A stretch of DNA of 64,000 nt from Malacoraja senta (GCA_038087875.1 CM075993.1:932001-996000), one strand, 5' to 3'. Shown: positions 11,782 through 24,365, numbered from the stretch's first letter. The notes: a model not told the origin generated them from the sequence alone. Made by a program: numbers and translations.

Positions 11782-12305
11782 GCCCAGATCATCGCACAAA
11801 CTAATCTCTCTTCCACTGACTCCATCTACACCTCACGCTGCCTCGGCAAGGCTAGCAGCCCAGAGCATCGCACAAACCAACCTCTCTTCCACTGACTCCA
11901 TCCACACCTCACGCTGCCTCGGCAAGGCCAGCAGCATAATCAAGGACCAGTCGCACCCTGGTCACTCCCTCTTCTCCCCTCTCCCATCGGGCTAAAGGTA
12001 CACAAGTGTGAAAACGCTCACCTCCAGATTCAGGGACAGTTTCTTCCCAGCTGTTATCAGGCAACTGAACCATCCTACCACAACTAGAGAGCAGTGCTGA
12101 ACTACTATCTACCTCATTGGTGACCCTCAGACTATCCTTGATCGGACTTTGCTGGCTTTACCTTGCACTAAACGTTATTCCCTTATCATGTATCTGTACA
12201 CAGTAAATGGCGCGATTGTAATCACGTATTGTCTTTCTGCCGACTGGTTAGCACGCAACAAAAGCTTTTCACTGTACCTCGGTACATGTGACAATAAACT
12301 AAACT
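11782..12305 (+). mobile_element. Rex1/Babar-like LINE 3' end with a 76-bp 5' tandem duplication
   Basis: SRCLGKASSIIKDQSHPGHSLFSPLPSG, 3' UTR, AATAAA and (CTAAA)n tail near 12293-12305. Confidence 0.8.
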
Positions 12306-12769
12306 GAACCAAGTTCTTGGACGATAGAAGTGTACTTGATGGTCAGCATGGCCACGGAGGGCAGAAGGGCCTGTTTCTGCACTGTATGACACTGGGGATT
12401 GCAGACGCATGTCTCTAGTGGGTAACATTGAACCGGTTTTAAATCTCTTTCAATTAATTTTATGCTCACTCTTTACTGATGATATTTTTATTCTTAATCT
12501 ATTCAAATATTTAAATTTCCTCACAGTCACAGGGAGATTCAAATTCAAGTCAATCCACTCCCAATTCAAAGCAAAGGAACAAAGGAGAGAAGAAGGGACC
12601 CAACCCAAAACATTACCTGTCCATTCCCTACATAGATGCTGCCTGACCCGCTGAGTTCCTCCAGCACTTGGTGTTTTGGCTCAAGATTTCAACATCTGCA
12701 GTGTCTCCAATTCCTATCTAATCCAGGATGTCTCTGGTCTGGGGGGGGGGGCAATGTAATGAATGAGGG

Positions 12770-13060
12770 GGGCACCGAGGCAAAGCCATAGAGCTGCTGC
12801 CTCACAGCGCCAGAGACCCGGGTTCGATCCTGACTACGGGTGCTGTCTGTACAGAGTTTGTACCTTCTCCCTGTGACCTGCGTGGGTTTTCTCAGAGAAC
12901 TCCGGTTTCCTCCCACACTCCAAAGACGTACAGGTTTGTAGGTTAATTGGCTTTGGTAAATTATCCCTAATGTGTGGGATAGTGCTAGTGTATGGAATGA
13001 TTGCTGGTCGGCAAGGACTCCCTGTCTGAAGGGCCTGTTTCCACGCTGTCTCTCTAAAGT
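12770..13060 (+). mobile_element. HE1-like V-SINE
   Basis: tRNA-like head with B-box GGTTCGATCC, V-domain, and CR1-like tail GAAGGGCCTGTTTCCACGCTG. Confidence 0.8.
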
Positions 13061-13199
13061 CTGTAGAATGCTATGCCTGCCCCGTGAATTGTGTGCCATT
13101 GTGAGGATGATGCTGGGCTTTGAAGGGCGAGAGGGTGGGGGTTGGACAGGCAAATACTTTATTTAGAGCACAGGAGGTCTACAACATCTTGAGGGGGAA

Positions 13200-13930
13200 T
13201 GCTCACTCAGTCTTTTATCGAGGATAGGTGAATCAAAAACCTGAGGACATATGTTTAATGTGAGCGGGACAAGATTTAATACAAGCCTGAAGGACAACCT
13301 TTTCATTTAGGTACATGGAGCATCCAGAGGAGGTAGTTGAGGCAGCTACTGTAGCAACATTTAATAGACACTTGGACAGGTACATGGATAGGATAGAGGG
13401 ATAATGGCCAAATGGGACTAGGGCAGGTGGGACTAGCCAAGATCTTCTTCTTGTCGTGTTGCTACACCTTTCCAAGCCACTCCATAACACAGGCTCTGAC
13501 ACATGGGTTGAAGACCTTGAGATCTTCTGGTTTGCAGGGCTCTGTGAGGAGGGGGCAGGTAAGTAGGTGCTCCATAGTTTGGGTTGTCTCCCCGCAGTCC
13601 ATCATTGTTGTACCCCCACCTCTGCACGAGGTCTTTGCACCGTCCAACCCGTGTTCTGAGGCGATTGAGGCAGAGCGAGGCTGGCCATGTCTCCCTCACT
13701 CCCATGGTATAGTGTCAGTGTGTGGGGTTTGATTGTAGGGGTGTCACCCAAGCATCTATCCCACAGGTGTGGGCGGGGGTTATCATTCAGGGGTTGAACT
13801 GCATGTAGGAAGCTAATTCTGGATTTTAACCTCTTTGGTGCCTGGACATGTTGGAAGATGGGACAGTTTGGTTGGCATGGACAAGTAGGGCCGAAGGGCC
13901 TATTACTGTGCTGTATGGTTCTATGACAGT
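13200..13930 (+). mobile_element. CR1 3' end interrupted by a Vingi-like fragment
   Basis: PEEVVEAATVATFNRHLDRYMD, then a 3' UTR split at 13443/13855. Confidence 0.7.
13444..13854 (-). mobile_element. Vingi/Ingi-like non-LTR retrotransposon 3' fragment (frameshifted)
   Basis: Minus-strand peptides APKRLKSRISFL, LNRLRTRVGRCKDLVQRWGY and DCGETTQTMEHLLTCP (CCHC-like), ending in an AAGAAGAAG tail. AAGAT lies on both flanks. Confidence 0.75.
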
Positions 13931-14029
13931 ATCAAGAGAGCTTTGCTCTGTGTCCACTCTGTATATGTAGAGTGTGGAGGGATGTCTTTTTGTATCTAAT
14001 CTGTGTCACAGTGTCTTAATCTAAAGATT

Positions 14030-14510
14030 GTTAAGGGCTTGGACACACTAGAGGCAGGAAACATGTTCCCGATGTTGGGGGAGTCCAGAACCAGGGGCCA
14101 CACACAGTTTAAGAATAAGGGGTAAGTCATTTAGAACGGAGACGAGGAACTTTTTCTCACAGAGAGTGGTGAGTCTGTGGAATTCTCTGCCTCAGAGGGC
14201 GGTGGAGGCCGGTTCTCTGGATGCTTTCAAGAGAGAGAGCTAGATAGGGCTCTTAAAAATAGCGGAGTCAGGGGATATGGGGAGAAGGTACACAAAAATG
14301 CTGGAGAAACTCAGCGGGTGCAGCAGCATCTATGGAGCGAAGGAAATAGGTAACGTTTCGGGCCGAAACCCTTCTTCAGATATGGGGAGAAGGCAGGAAC
14401 GGGGTACTGATTGGGGATGATCAGCCATGATCACATTGAATGGCGGTGCTGGCTCGAAGGGCTGAATGGCCTACCGCTGCACCTATTGTCTATTGTCTAT
14501 TGTCTATTGT
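14030..14510 (+). mobile_element. CR1 3' end with (TATTGTC)n tail, containing a nested 90-bp hammerhead element
   Basis: IVKGLDTLEAGNMFPMLGESRTRGH...VVSLWNSLPQRAVEA plus CR1 3' UTR. Confidence 0.85.
14289..14378 (-). mobile_element. 90-bp Penelope-derived hammerhead element with a 15-bp TSD
   Basis: GATATGGGGAGAAGG is duplicated at 14274-14288 and 14379-14393. Minus-strand core CTGAAGA-A-GGGT-TTCG-GCCC-GAAA-CGTT at 14352-14379. Confidence 0.85.
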
Positions 14511-15438
14511 GTTCAAGTCAATCCACTACTGTCTATTGTCTATTGTGTTCAAGTCAAACTGTCCCTTCCTGGGACAGTTGCAGGAAGTTTGACTGTGAAC
14601 CAACCTAGTCCTGTTCCTCCAGGTTGCTTTGCATGTGTAATAGCCAGTCTCGGTGATATATTATTTCAACACTAACAGGCCTTGATGCTTTGTTAAAGAG
14701 AGGCTGACCTTAAATCAGCCTCCAAAATGAAGGCTCCTGCTTAGCATGCCACAAACGCAACGCTGCTTCATTTCTATTCCAACCAAGTCCCCCCTGATTA
14801 TTATGTCAAAAACGTATAAAATTGAAAATCTGATATAAATCCCAATTTCAAAATGTAAATAGAGGAGATCACATTAACCGTGGTTGGAAGAAAACTTTGA
14901 TACAGTAATTCCAATCTCCTAATTCATTCGGCATCTAACTGAATAAACCCATATTCCCATTGGCTTCTAATTGAATTACAGAACACTTCTGTAGAAAGGC
15001 TCCCATTGTTTGCGGGAGCTGGGGAACACACTTCATGGATCAATGGGCCAGTGCCTACAGTCCTAAAGTGTTTAATCTCTGCCTGCACACTCACTGAGTT
15101 CCCTTAATTACACTTTTTAAAAGTGATCATTGCTGCGATAATTCTATTTCTCCTGTCCTCATTGTACAGGCAGCTCACTGTATCTTCAATCTGCTCCCAG
15201 AGTTCATTTACTGAAGATGCCTCCTGCTTCATTCAATAATTCTTTTGGCTGGGTTGTTTGCTGAAGTTCTGAGCTGCTCTGGATGTGTGGCAGAGTTGCA
15301 CGTGGTAAAGGCCGAATGATGGCAGAATCCCCACAGGCTCTTCATGTGTTGCCGCCAGTCTGCATACTGGCAGATCACAACCCTTGGGAGTTAGTCACCA
15401 CCAACTAGAACATCATGGTCAGTCAGATCGCGCTATAG

Positions 15439-15664
15439 CAAGGGGTCCCAACCTGGGCGTCAATTTACCCCCAGGGGGTCTATTCTGCACACCCAGGGGG
15501 TAAAAGTGTTGATTCTGGATTTGTACATATTTTTTTCTCATTGACTGACTGTGTTTGGTTCTGGTATACCGGTGTCTGTTGTTCATAAATAAGTGAAAAT
15601 AACATTGTGATGTGCTATTAAAGTTGCCAGGGGTAAACGGGACGAAAAGGGTTGGCAACCCCTG
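15439..15664. mobile_element. hAT-like MITE
   Basis: Termini CAAGGGGTCCCAACC ... GGTTGGCAACCCCTG, internal GGGGTAAA repeats, and 8-bp flanks CGCTATAG/GGCTCGAG (5 of 8 match). Confidence 0.6.
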
Positions 15665-15769
15665 GGCTCGAGCATGTGCAGTAAATGTGGATGAACAGAG
15701 AAACACCCAGTGGTCCAAATTCAGAGTTCCCTGAAAGTGCCAACTCAGATAGATGTGGTGGTGAATAGA

Positions 15770-16150
15770 CTGTGGGGGAGACTAGGACCAGAGGGCACAG
15801 CCTCAGAATAACTGGACGTACCTTTAGAAAGGTTATGAGGAATTTCTTTAACCAGAGGGTGATGAATCTGTGGAATTCATTGCCACAGACGGTGGTGGAG
15901 GCCAAAATATTATCTGGCCGTCTCTAAAATGGAGACTTACTGGTTTTTGATTAGTACGGTGTCAAAGGTCAAGGGGAGAAGGCAGGAGAATGGGGTTGAG
16001 AGGGAAAGATATAATATCATTGGTAATTCGAATATCACTGAACCTTAATTGGTACAGGTGACAATAAAAGACCTTTGAAGAGCCATGATTGACTGGTGAA
16101 GTGGACTCGGTGGGCTGAATGGCCTAATTCTGCTTCTATGACTTATGAAC
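15770..16150 (+). mobile_element. CR1 3' end (diverged)
   Basis: GETRTRGHSLRITGRTFRKVMRNFFNQRVMNLWNSLPQTVVEA. Confidence 0.75.
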
Positions 16151-17609
16151 AGATGGCAGCTTGCTTTCATAGGTCAGGGCATTGAATAAAAGAGTTGGGA
16201 TATTATTTTGCAGTTGTACAAACTCTGGTCCGGACGCTCCGAGAATATTGTGTGTAGGTTTGGTCACCACACGATCGGAATGATGTGATGTTGCTAGAGA
16301 AGGAGCAAGGGGTGTTCCCTGGGTTGTCACCTGGATTAGAGGAAGCTTGTGAGGTTCATCTCAAGTAGTCACCTGGTGGACCTTCCCTGCATTGCCCCAT
16401 TGCAAACACAGCCTTCCTTAAACAAAGGCCAAACCTGTACACAGTCCTCCAGGTGTGGTCTAATCAAACCCTGCACAGTTGCATCAAAACTTCCATTCTA
16501 TAAATGTCAATACAGCCTGCAGTAAATGCCATTAACCTTCCTAATTATCCAGAGTCCCTGTACAGTAACATTTTGTATTCTACAACATCCCTCCCACCCC
16601 AGTCCCCTTTGTATGGCAACATGTCTTGTGGCTCATATTGCGGTGTTGCAGGAAGTACTTATACATGGAAACTGTCTTCAAGCAGGTAGTGGGATAGGGT
16701 ATGGTCTGGGAAATGATCAACTGTTGATGGAAGGACTGGATACAGGTGAGACCATGACAGACTCTAGTCTAGGTAGGACCTGAAGGAAGTACATGTGATG
16801 GGCTGGAGTGGGATCTTTAATCCTCCAGTTGTTTTTGTTCACTAAACGGAAGGTGGCCACTAATGACTTGTACAAGGCCCATCACCATATTGAGGGTAAT
16901 GGATAGGGGCAGGTGGACCCACGTGCAAGAGATCTCTACAGATCATCAGAAACACTAGTTGGGACTCCTAATTGGCTCCTCCGTCCCCACGCTGTCATCC
17001 TAAGCCTGACGAGTTCATTATCCGTCTCTTTGGGAAAGCAATTAGCAAAGAGATCGCCTCAGAATTTTGCTAATTTTTGAAATATTCCAATTCTTCAAAA
17101 GCTTAACTGTTGAGAGCCCAGTTAGGTGTATTATTCTCATCTCCACGTGCAAGGCACAGGCATGGAACAACTCAAAGGCTGGATCTAATCCCTCCCGACA
17201 GCAATGAGGTGCATTGCTGAAGGCTGCCATCTTGCACCTCGTAAAAACAATTGGATCAGAGCCACGCTGCAACTGCCAGCATTTACTGCTCATTGCTGAC
17301 TGGCCCGGATAAGATGCTGGTCAACCCTATTCTTTCCCTCTTTCGACAAAGGAACTCATAGGGCAGAGAATGCCCAGAGTTAGAGGGAAGGGACCAGGAA
17401 TAAGTGTCAAAACCAAGCTGGTGATGGAACGTGGAGCATTCACATTTGCAAGACCTTGTCCTACACGGCTGAGATTTTGGGTGTGAAAGGATGCTGTCAG
17501 AAGTCTTGTGAGGATGTGTACACTGGAGCCACAGTGCGCACTGGCTGCATGAATTAATGTTTAAGTGTGGATGGGATGCTGATCAAACCAGTTGCCTTAC
17601 CTTTAGAAT

Positions 17610-18000
17610 CATGGCATGGAAACAGGCCCTTCATCCCAACTTGCCCACACTGGCCAACAATGTCCCATCTACACTAGTCCCACCTACCTGTGTTTGGCCC
17701 AGATCCCTCTAAACCTGTCCTATCTATGTACCTGTGTATATGTTTCTAAAACATGGAGGCAGGTACTATGGCAATTACGTCCTCCAGCAGCTTGTTCCAT
17801 ACACCCGCTACCCTTGGGGTGGAAAAAGTTACCCCTCGGGTTCCTATTAAATCGTTCCCCCCCCCTCACCTTAAACCCATGTCCTCCAGTTCTCTATTCC
17901 TCTACTCTGGGCAAGAGACTTTGTGCATCTATCCAATCTATTCCTCTCATGATTTTGTCCACCTCAATAAGACCACCCCTCATCCTCCTGCACTCCAAGG
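17610..18000 (-). mobile_element. CR1 3' end (second subfamily)
   Basis: Reverse complement of the GVWNKL...GTSVDGTLLASVGKLG-type end, shared with 40545-40870 and 36150-36350. Confidence 0.75.
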
Positions 18001-18357
18001 AAGGGTGATGAGGTCAAGTTCTCAAATGTGAAGGAAGGGAAGTTATTGTCACCTTGTTGGCCTGGTTCCTGTACCTCTCCCATCGTGTACCTGTTCCTGT
18101 ACCTCCCCCATCCGGTGGGCTTTTCTTGCAGGGCCAAAGGGGAAACAAAGGTAATGGCATTCCACCCACTGAGCCTGCTGCCCCACTCAATGAGATGGTC
18201 GTTAAACTGCATCTTAACACAACCTTGGTTCCACTTCCTTCAATATTCTTCCAATCCCTATTTTTTATTTTTTATTATCTGTCTCCAGCATCAGACATCC
18301 ACAACCCTTCAGCATTCCAACCCTGCCCCAGAGACTAGCCATCTCTGCTGACTCAGA

Positions 18358-19090
18358 GGTGATAAAGGTATCTACACCGACAGCACAGGTGAATGTACCT
18401 ACACCGACAGCACAGGTGAAGTTACCTACACCTACAGCACAGGTGAAGGGACCTACACCGACAGCACAGGTGAAGGGACCTCCACCGACAGCACAGGTGA
18501 AGGGACCTACACCGACAGCACAGGTGAAGTTATCTACACCTACAGCACAGGTGAAGGGACCTACACCTACAGCACAGGTGAAGTTATCTACACCTACAGC
18601 ACAGGTGAAGTTATCTACACCTACAGCACAGGTGAAGTTACCTACACCTACAGCACAGGTGAAGGGACCTACACCTACAGCACAGGTGAAGGGACCTACA
18701 CCGACAGCACAGGTGAAGGGACCTCCACCGACAGCACAGGTGAAGGGACCTACACCGACAGCACTGGTGAAGTTATCTACACCGACAGCACAGGTGAAGG
18801 GACCTACACCTACAGCACAGGTGAAGGGACCTACACCGACAGCACAGGTGAAGTTACCTACACCTACAGCACAGGTGAAGGGACCTACACCTACAGCACA
18901 GGTGAAGTTATCTACACCTACAGCACAGGTGAAGTTACCTACACCTACAGCACAGGTGAAGGGACCTACACCTACAGCACAGGTGAAGGGACCTACACCG
19001 ACAGCACAGGTGAAGTTACCTACACCTACAGCACAGGTGAAGGGACCTACGCCTACAGCACAGGTGAAGGTATCTACACCTACAGCACAG
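18358..19090. repeat. 27-bp minisatellite, about 27 units (ACAGCACAGGTGAAGGGACCTACACC[G/T])
   Basis: Direct tandem repeat. Translates as (TAQVKGPTP)n on + and (TCAVGVGPF)n on -. Confidence 0.95.
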
Positions 19091-20971
19091 TTTGCAACCA
19101 GGGGACTCCTTTCCCCTGAGTGTACTGCTTTAGATGAGGCAAGCTTTGCGCTGAGCATGAGGTTTAGGACAAACAGGTAATTTAGATAATAGTTTAGAAA
19201 GATTTCCAACGCTGAGAGTTTCCTTGCCACTGAATGGGCCTATTATCTGGCCTCTTGATCAAACATTCTGCATCACTGAATAATGTGATGATCAGAATAC
19301 CAGATATTACCAAGCCCCTTGAGTTAAGTGTTGTCAGCACACGGCTGGGGAATGCAGAAGGATATTCCCTTTGTTAATTCCAAGTCGAATAGCCTGTGGA
19401 ACATGCCGGAATACATTAAATGGCTGGTGTAGGATTGTAAATGTGATGCTCAAGCCTTGATTTTGTCACTCAGGCTGAAGTACTATAATTTTAAAAAGAG
19501 CATTTCTGCATTAATGATGGGAAACACTCCTGAAAGCTCTCACCGAGGCAGCTCTTACTTCAACAGTTCCGCCGGTAATCCCACACTTGGCTCCCTCTAA
19601 ATCCCTCAATCGCTTAAATGCACCCATTACTTTCTCAGAATCACGGGGGGATAAGCAAAACAAAAACCAAGGAGGCACAGATACACTTCCTGCAGCTACA
19701 TAAAGTAGTGGGTGGGGAGGGGTGGAATACCTCGACGAATATCGTCCTCCTCTCCACCTGAACCCACACGCATTGGCTTCTGCCGCACGTTGATGAGGAG
19801 ATGTACAGATAGCAAAAACAGAGCATCGACCATAACAAACAGCACAGGGGATAACTCTGATGTTAAGCAACGACGTAATGATATAAGTCCCAGGCATTAA
19901 CAGCCACACGGTGACAGCTTCAGCTGCTAAAATGACATGCTGCAGATGTTTCCAGCTTTAAGTTGCTTTATCTCTGATTAAAATGCATAATCACAGCTTC
20001 CCAGCTAAGACCACTCTTTCTCTGCATTCTATAATCAAACTAAAGGCTGTGGCACAGATTTATTCCAGCAAGAGGCAGATGGAAAGATATCAATTAGTTG
20101 AGGGGGCTGAAGGACATCTGTCAAGTGTACCGCGATCTCCCCGACAGTGAGGAGACAGAGGGATACTAGTCAGCATTCAATTAACTCCTGAATGTGAGGA
20201 ACAGGCAGGTAAAAGCATTGTACGCTTGTGGCACATCCTAATGGGGTTAGGAGGGAGAGATAGATCAGCCCTGATTGAATGGTGGAGTAGACTTGATGGG
20301 CCGAATGGCCTAATTCATCTCCTATTCCTTATGACCTACTGGGTACAATGTCCAAGAACAGGGACTCTGGCAATGGTGGGAGAATAAATCGATGAACGCC
20401 AAAGCTGGCAGGGCTGGGCTGGTGTGGGTCAGGTGCAGATGTGGAATCGATGCAGATCATTCGGATCTATTGTGATCACATCTGCAATAAGCATCTGGAT
20501 TTTGAGCTGAGTTGATGAGCTGGGGTCTGAGAGTCTGACACAGTAATGCATCAAAGGGAAAGCTAGCCAGATATGTTGCTCCAAGAGGCTGTCATATATC
20601 TATTGTGAATAAGAAGCCCAAAGAAATGAACATTAGCACTGAGAAGATGAAGGGACTGAAAGGTGATAGGTCCCTAGAGACCCAGGTACTGAAGAAAGTA
20701 GGGCCATAGAGTGTGGAAACAGGCCCTTCAGCCCATCATGCCAATGCTGAACACAATGCTCCATCTACACTAGTCCCACCTGCCAGTGTTTGGCCAATAT
20801 CCCTCGAGCATCCACTGGTCCACATGTGGACAAATTACAGATGTGCTACAAAGTAGTGGAAATGCTCAGCAGATCGGGCAGCATCCTTGGAGAAAGAGCT
20901 GGCAATCCTGCATGATACCTGGGAACCATTCTCTGCATTCCAGGTGCTTTGCAAGTGTTTACAGAGTGAAG

Positions 20972-21067
20972 CGATCTGAAGAAGGGTCTCGACCCGAAAG
21001 GTCACCCATTCCTTCGCTCCATAGATGCTGCCTCACCCGCTGAGTTTCTCCAGCGTTTTAGTCTACC
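20972..21067 (+). mobile_element. 96-bp Penelope-derived hammerhead element with a 13-bp TSD
   Basis: TTACAGAGTGAAG at 20959-20971 and 21068-21080. Core CTGAAGA-A-GGGT-CTCG-ACCC-GAAA-GGTC at 20976-21003. Confidence 0.85.
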
Positions 21068-21704
21068 TTACAGAGTGAAGACATGTGTTTCTATGCTGCA
21101 ACCTGCTCGGGTTCCATGGCTGGATTCTCTTTTATTACTTACAATACAGCTCTCAGATGTTTCAGAAATAATGGAGGCACAAGAAGCTGCAGTTACTGGA
21201 AACTTGAGCACAAAACAAAATGTTAGAAGAACTCAGCGGGTCAGTCAGCATCTGCGAAGGGAATGGTCAGTCGATGAATCAGATCAGGCTGAAGTAGGGT
21301 CTGGACCCAAAGTGTCGTGTGTCCACTGCCTCCACAGAAGCTGCCTGACGCGCTGACTATCCTCCAGCAGTTTGTATTTTGCTTATTCGGGAATAATCCA
21401 GATTAGGAAGGTGAGTTTATCTTTGTAAAGAAGGGATTGTAAATGAAGGAGCGTTCAGCAATTTGCATTTTATCTCATTTACTGTGTCATTTGCAATGTC
21501 AGTGTTGATCAGCTATTGTGAAGAGATTCTTCATTGAGGCAGCTCTCTGGGGTAATAACTGTTGTCACCACATCAGGCACAATCAACATTCTTCATCCAC
21601 GTTCTGTCACCTTTAGATAGAGAGCATCTGACCGCAATTTTATACACTGGGATAAATGCTTCCCTTGGCTATTTCAGATGAATCTCATTTTTTCCCTCAT
21701 CGTA

Positions 21705-22010
21705 GGCGGCACAGCTGGTAGAGTTGCTGCCTCACGGCGCCAGAGACGCAGGTTCAATCCCCACCTCGGCTGCTGTCTGTGTGGAGTTTGCACCTTCTCC
21801 CCGTGACCGCGTGGGATTTCTCTGTTTGCCTTCCACATCCCAGAGACTTGCGGGTTTGTAGGTTAATTGGCCCTCTGTAAATTGCCCCTAGTGTGTAGGG
21901 AGTGGATGAGAAAGTGGGACAGCATAGAACTCGTGTGAACAGGGTGAGTGATAGTCAGCGTAGACTCGGTGGGGCAAAGGGCCTGTTACCACGCTGTGTC
22001 TCTACACTCT
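21705..22010 (+). mobile_element. HE1-like V-SINE
   Basis: GGCGGCACAGCTGGTAGAG A-box-like head, GGTTCAATCC B-box, V-domain and CR1-like tail. Confidence 0.8.
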
Positions 22011-22780
22011 AACGATTTGCAAACTTTCAAGGCTGTTTCTTGATCAGCCCTTCTCTAAAGTGCTGGTTCCTTGGTTGAGAACAGGACCATCTGCCAAGTT
22101 GGCAATGGGCAGCAGAGACTAGGATCCCAGTTAATCTCACAAGGAGTTATGGATATGGCCACGCGTCAGGTTTATAACATAAAGTCTAACACTCTCAAAG
22201 TTCAGCAAATTCCTGTTGTTGCCCCTGGAGGACAAAGGAGATGTGTGGTCCTTGGGTGTAGATGGTTCCTCAGTCAGGATTCACCAGAGCTGTTAGGAGT
22301 TCGAGGCTGGCCTGGAGCATGGAGAAATGGTCAGAGCATGGGAGGGTGGGGAAGGCAGGGAGCCAAGCACCGGTGGGAAAGGAAATCTTGCAGGGAGAAT
22401 CAGGGCCATAGGGTTCAAGTACTGTGTCCAGTAAAAGCCTGGAGTGTCTGTCTATTGGGACAGGAAGGGTCTTGGGTTTGGAGAGCAGAAGGGCCTCGAC
22501 CTGAAACGTCACCCATTGCTTCTATCCAGAGATGCTGCTTGTCCCGCTGAGTTACTCCAGCATTTTGTGACTATCTTGGGCGTGGAACAGGAAGGAGGGA
22601 TTGGTGAAGGAAAGCCAAAAGAAGACAAGGGAGTCACAAGGCGGAGGTTGCTGGCTTCCTGCGGTCTAGTTGTGAGTGTGACCTGTTGCTTCCTCATCCA
22701 CGCGGGCAAAGTCGTCCTTTGGCTCTCCAAAAGTAACGGTATATGGAGGAATAATACTTGTCCACAGTGAAGAATGCATC

Positions 22781-22889
22781 AGACACCCACACACACACAC
22801 ACCCACACACCCACACACACACCCACACACACACACACACACACAGACACACACACACACCCACACACACACCCACACACCCACACACA

Positions 22890-22934
<45 letters not shown>

Positions 22935-23035
22935 ACACACACACACACACACACAGACACACACACACGCACACACGCACACACACACACACACACAGAC
23001 ACCCACACACACACACACCCACACACCCACACACA

Positions 23036-23066
<31 letters not shown>

Positions 23067-23186
23067 CCACACACACACCCACACACACACACACACACAC
23101 AGACACACACACACGCACACACGCACACACACACACACACACAGACACACACACACACACACCCACACATACACACACACACGCAC

Positions 23187-23264
<78 letters not shown>

Positions 23265-23679
23265 ACACACACCCACACACCCACACACACACACACATAC
23301 ACACACACACACACGCGCACGCACGCACGCACGCACACCCACACACACACCCACACACACACACCCACACACACACACACACAGACACACACACACCCAC
23401 ACACCCACACACACGCGCACGCACGCACGCACGCACACCCACACACACACCCACACACACACACCCACACACACACACACACACCCACACACACACACAC
23501 GCACGCACGCACGCACACCCACACACACACCCACACACCCACACACACACACACCCACACACACACACACACACCCACACACCCACACACCCACACAGAC
23601 ACACACACACCCACACACCCACACACACGCGCACGCACGCACGCACACACACACACACACACACACACCCACACACACA

Positions 23680-23710
<31 letters not shown>

Positions 23711-23903
23711 CCACACACACGCGCGCACACACACACCCACACACACACACACACACACCCACACACCCACACCCACACACACACGCGCACGCACGCACGC
23801 ACACACACACACACACACGCGCACACACACACCCACACACACACACACACACACACCCACACACACACACACACACACCCACACACACACGCGCACGCAC
23901 GCA

Positions 23904-23950
<47 letters not shown>

Positions 23951-23983
23951 GCGCACACGCACACACACACACACACACACGCG

Positions 23984-24018
<35 letters not shown>

Positions 24019-24029
24019 ACACCCACACA

Positions 24030-24095
<66 letters not shown>

Positions 24096-24099
24096 CACG

Positions 24100-24130
<31 letters not shown>

Positions 24131-24141
24131 ACACACACACA
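22781..24141. repeat. About 1.36-kb imperfect (CA)n tract with CCCA/CGCA/CAGA interruptions
   Basis: Directly visible, and followed by (GAGAG)n at about 24155-24179. Confidence 0.97.
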
Positions 24142-24365
24142 GAGTCTGATGGATGGAGAGGAGAGGAGAGGAGAGGAGATTGTCTGTGAGAGAGGGGAAT
24201 CTAGTGGGGCAGGCTGGTGGGACACGATGGTCTTTGCATGTCCATGGTTTTCATTTGTTGGCAGAGGCAGAATAGGGCAAGAAGCAGAGATAGAAAGACT
24301 GTAGGAATATACTGTAATCGAGTCGGATGCCCTCATCTATTTCCAATAACAGTTTTATAATTAGC

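Noticed and set aside
18265..19230. Minus-strand 321-aa ORF (TCAVGVGPF)n
   Set aside because: Antisense reading of the minisatellite with no supporting splice or start context. Only the plus-strand frame is kept as a candidate.
19725..19880. Minus-strand hydrophobic peptide VLFVMVDALFLLSVHLLINVRQK as a possible exon
   Set aside because: Weak splice sites and no recognisable homology.
22666..24336. Five long ORFs of 450-556 aa (poly CV / HT)
   Set aside because: Artefacts of a stop-free (CA)n tract.
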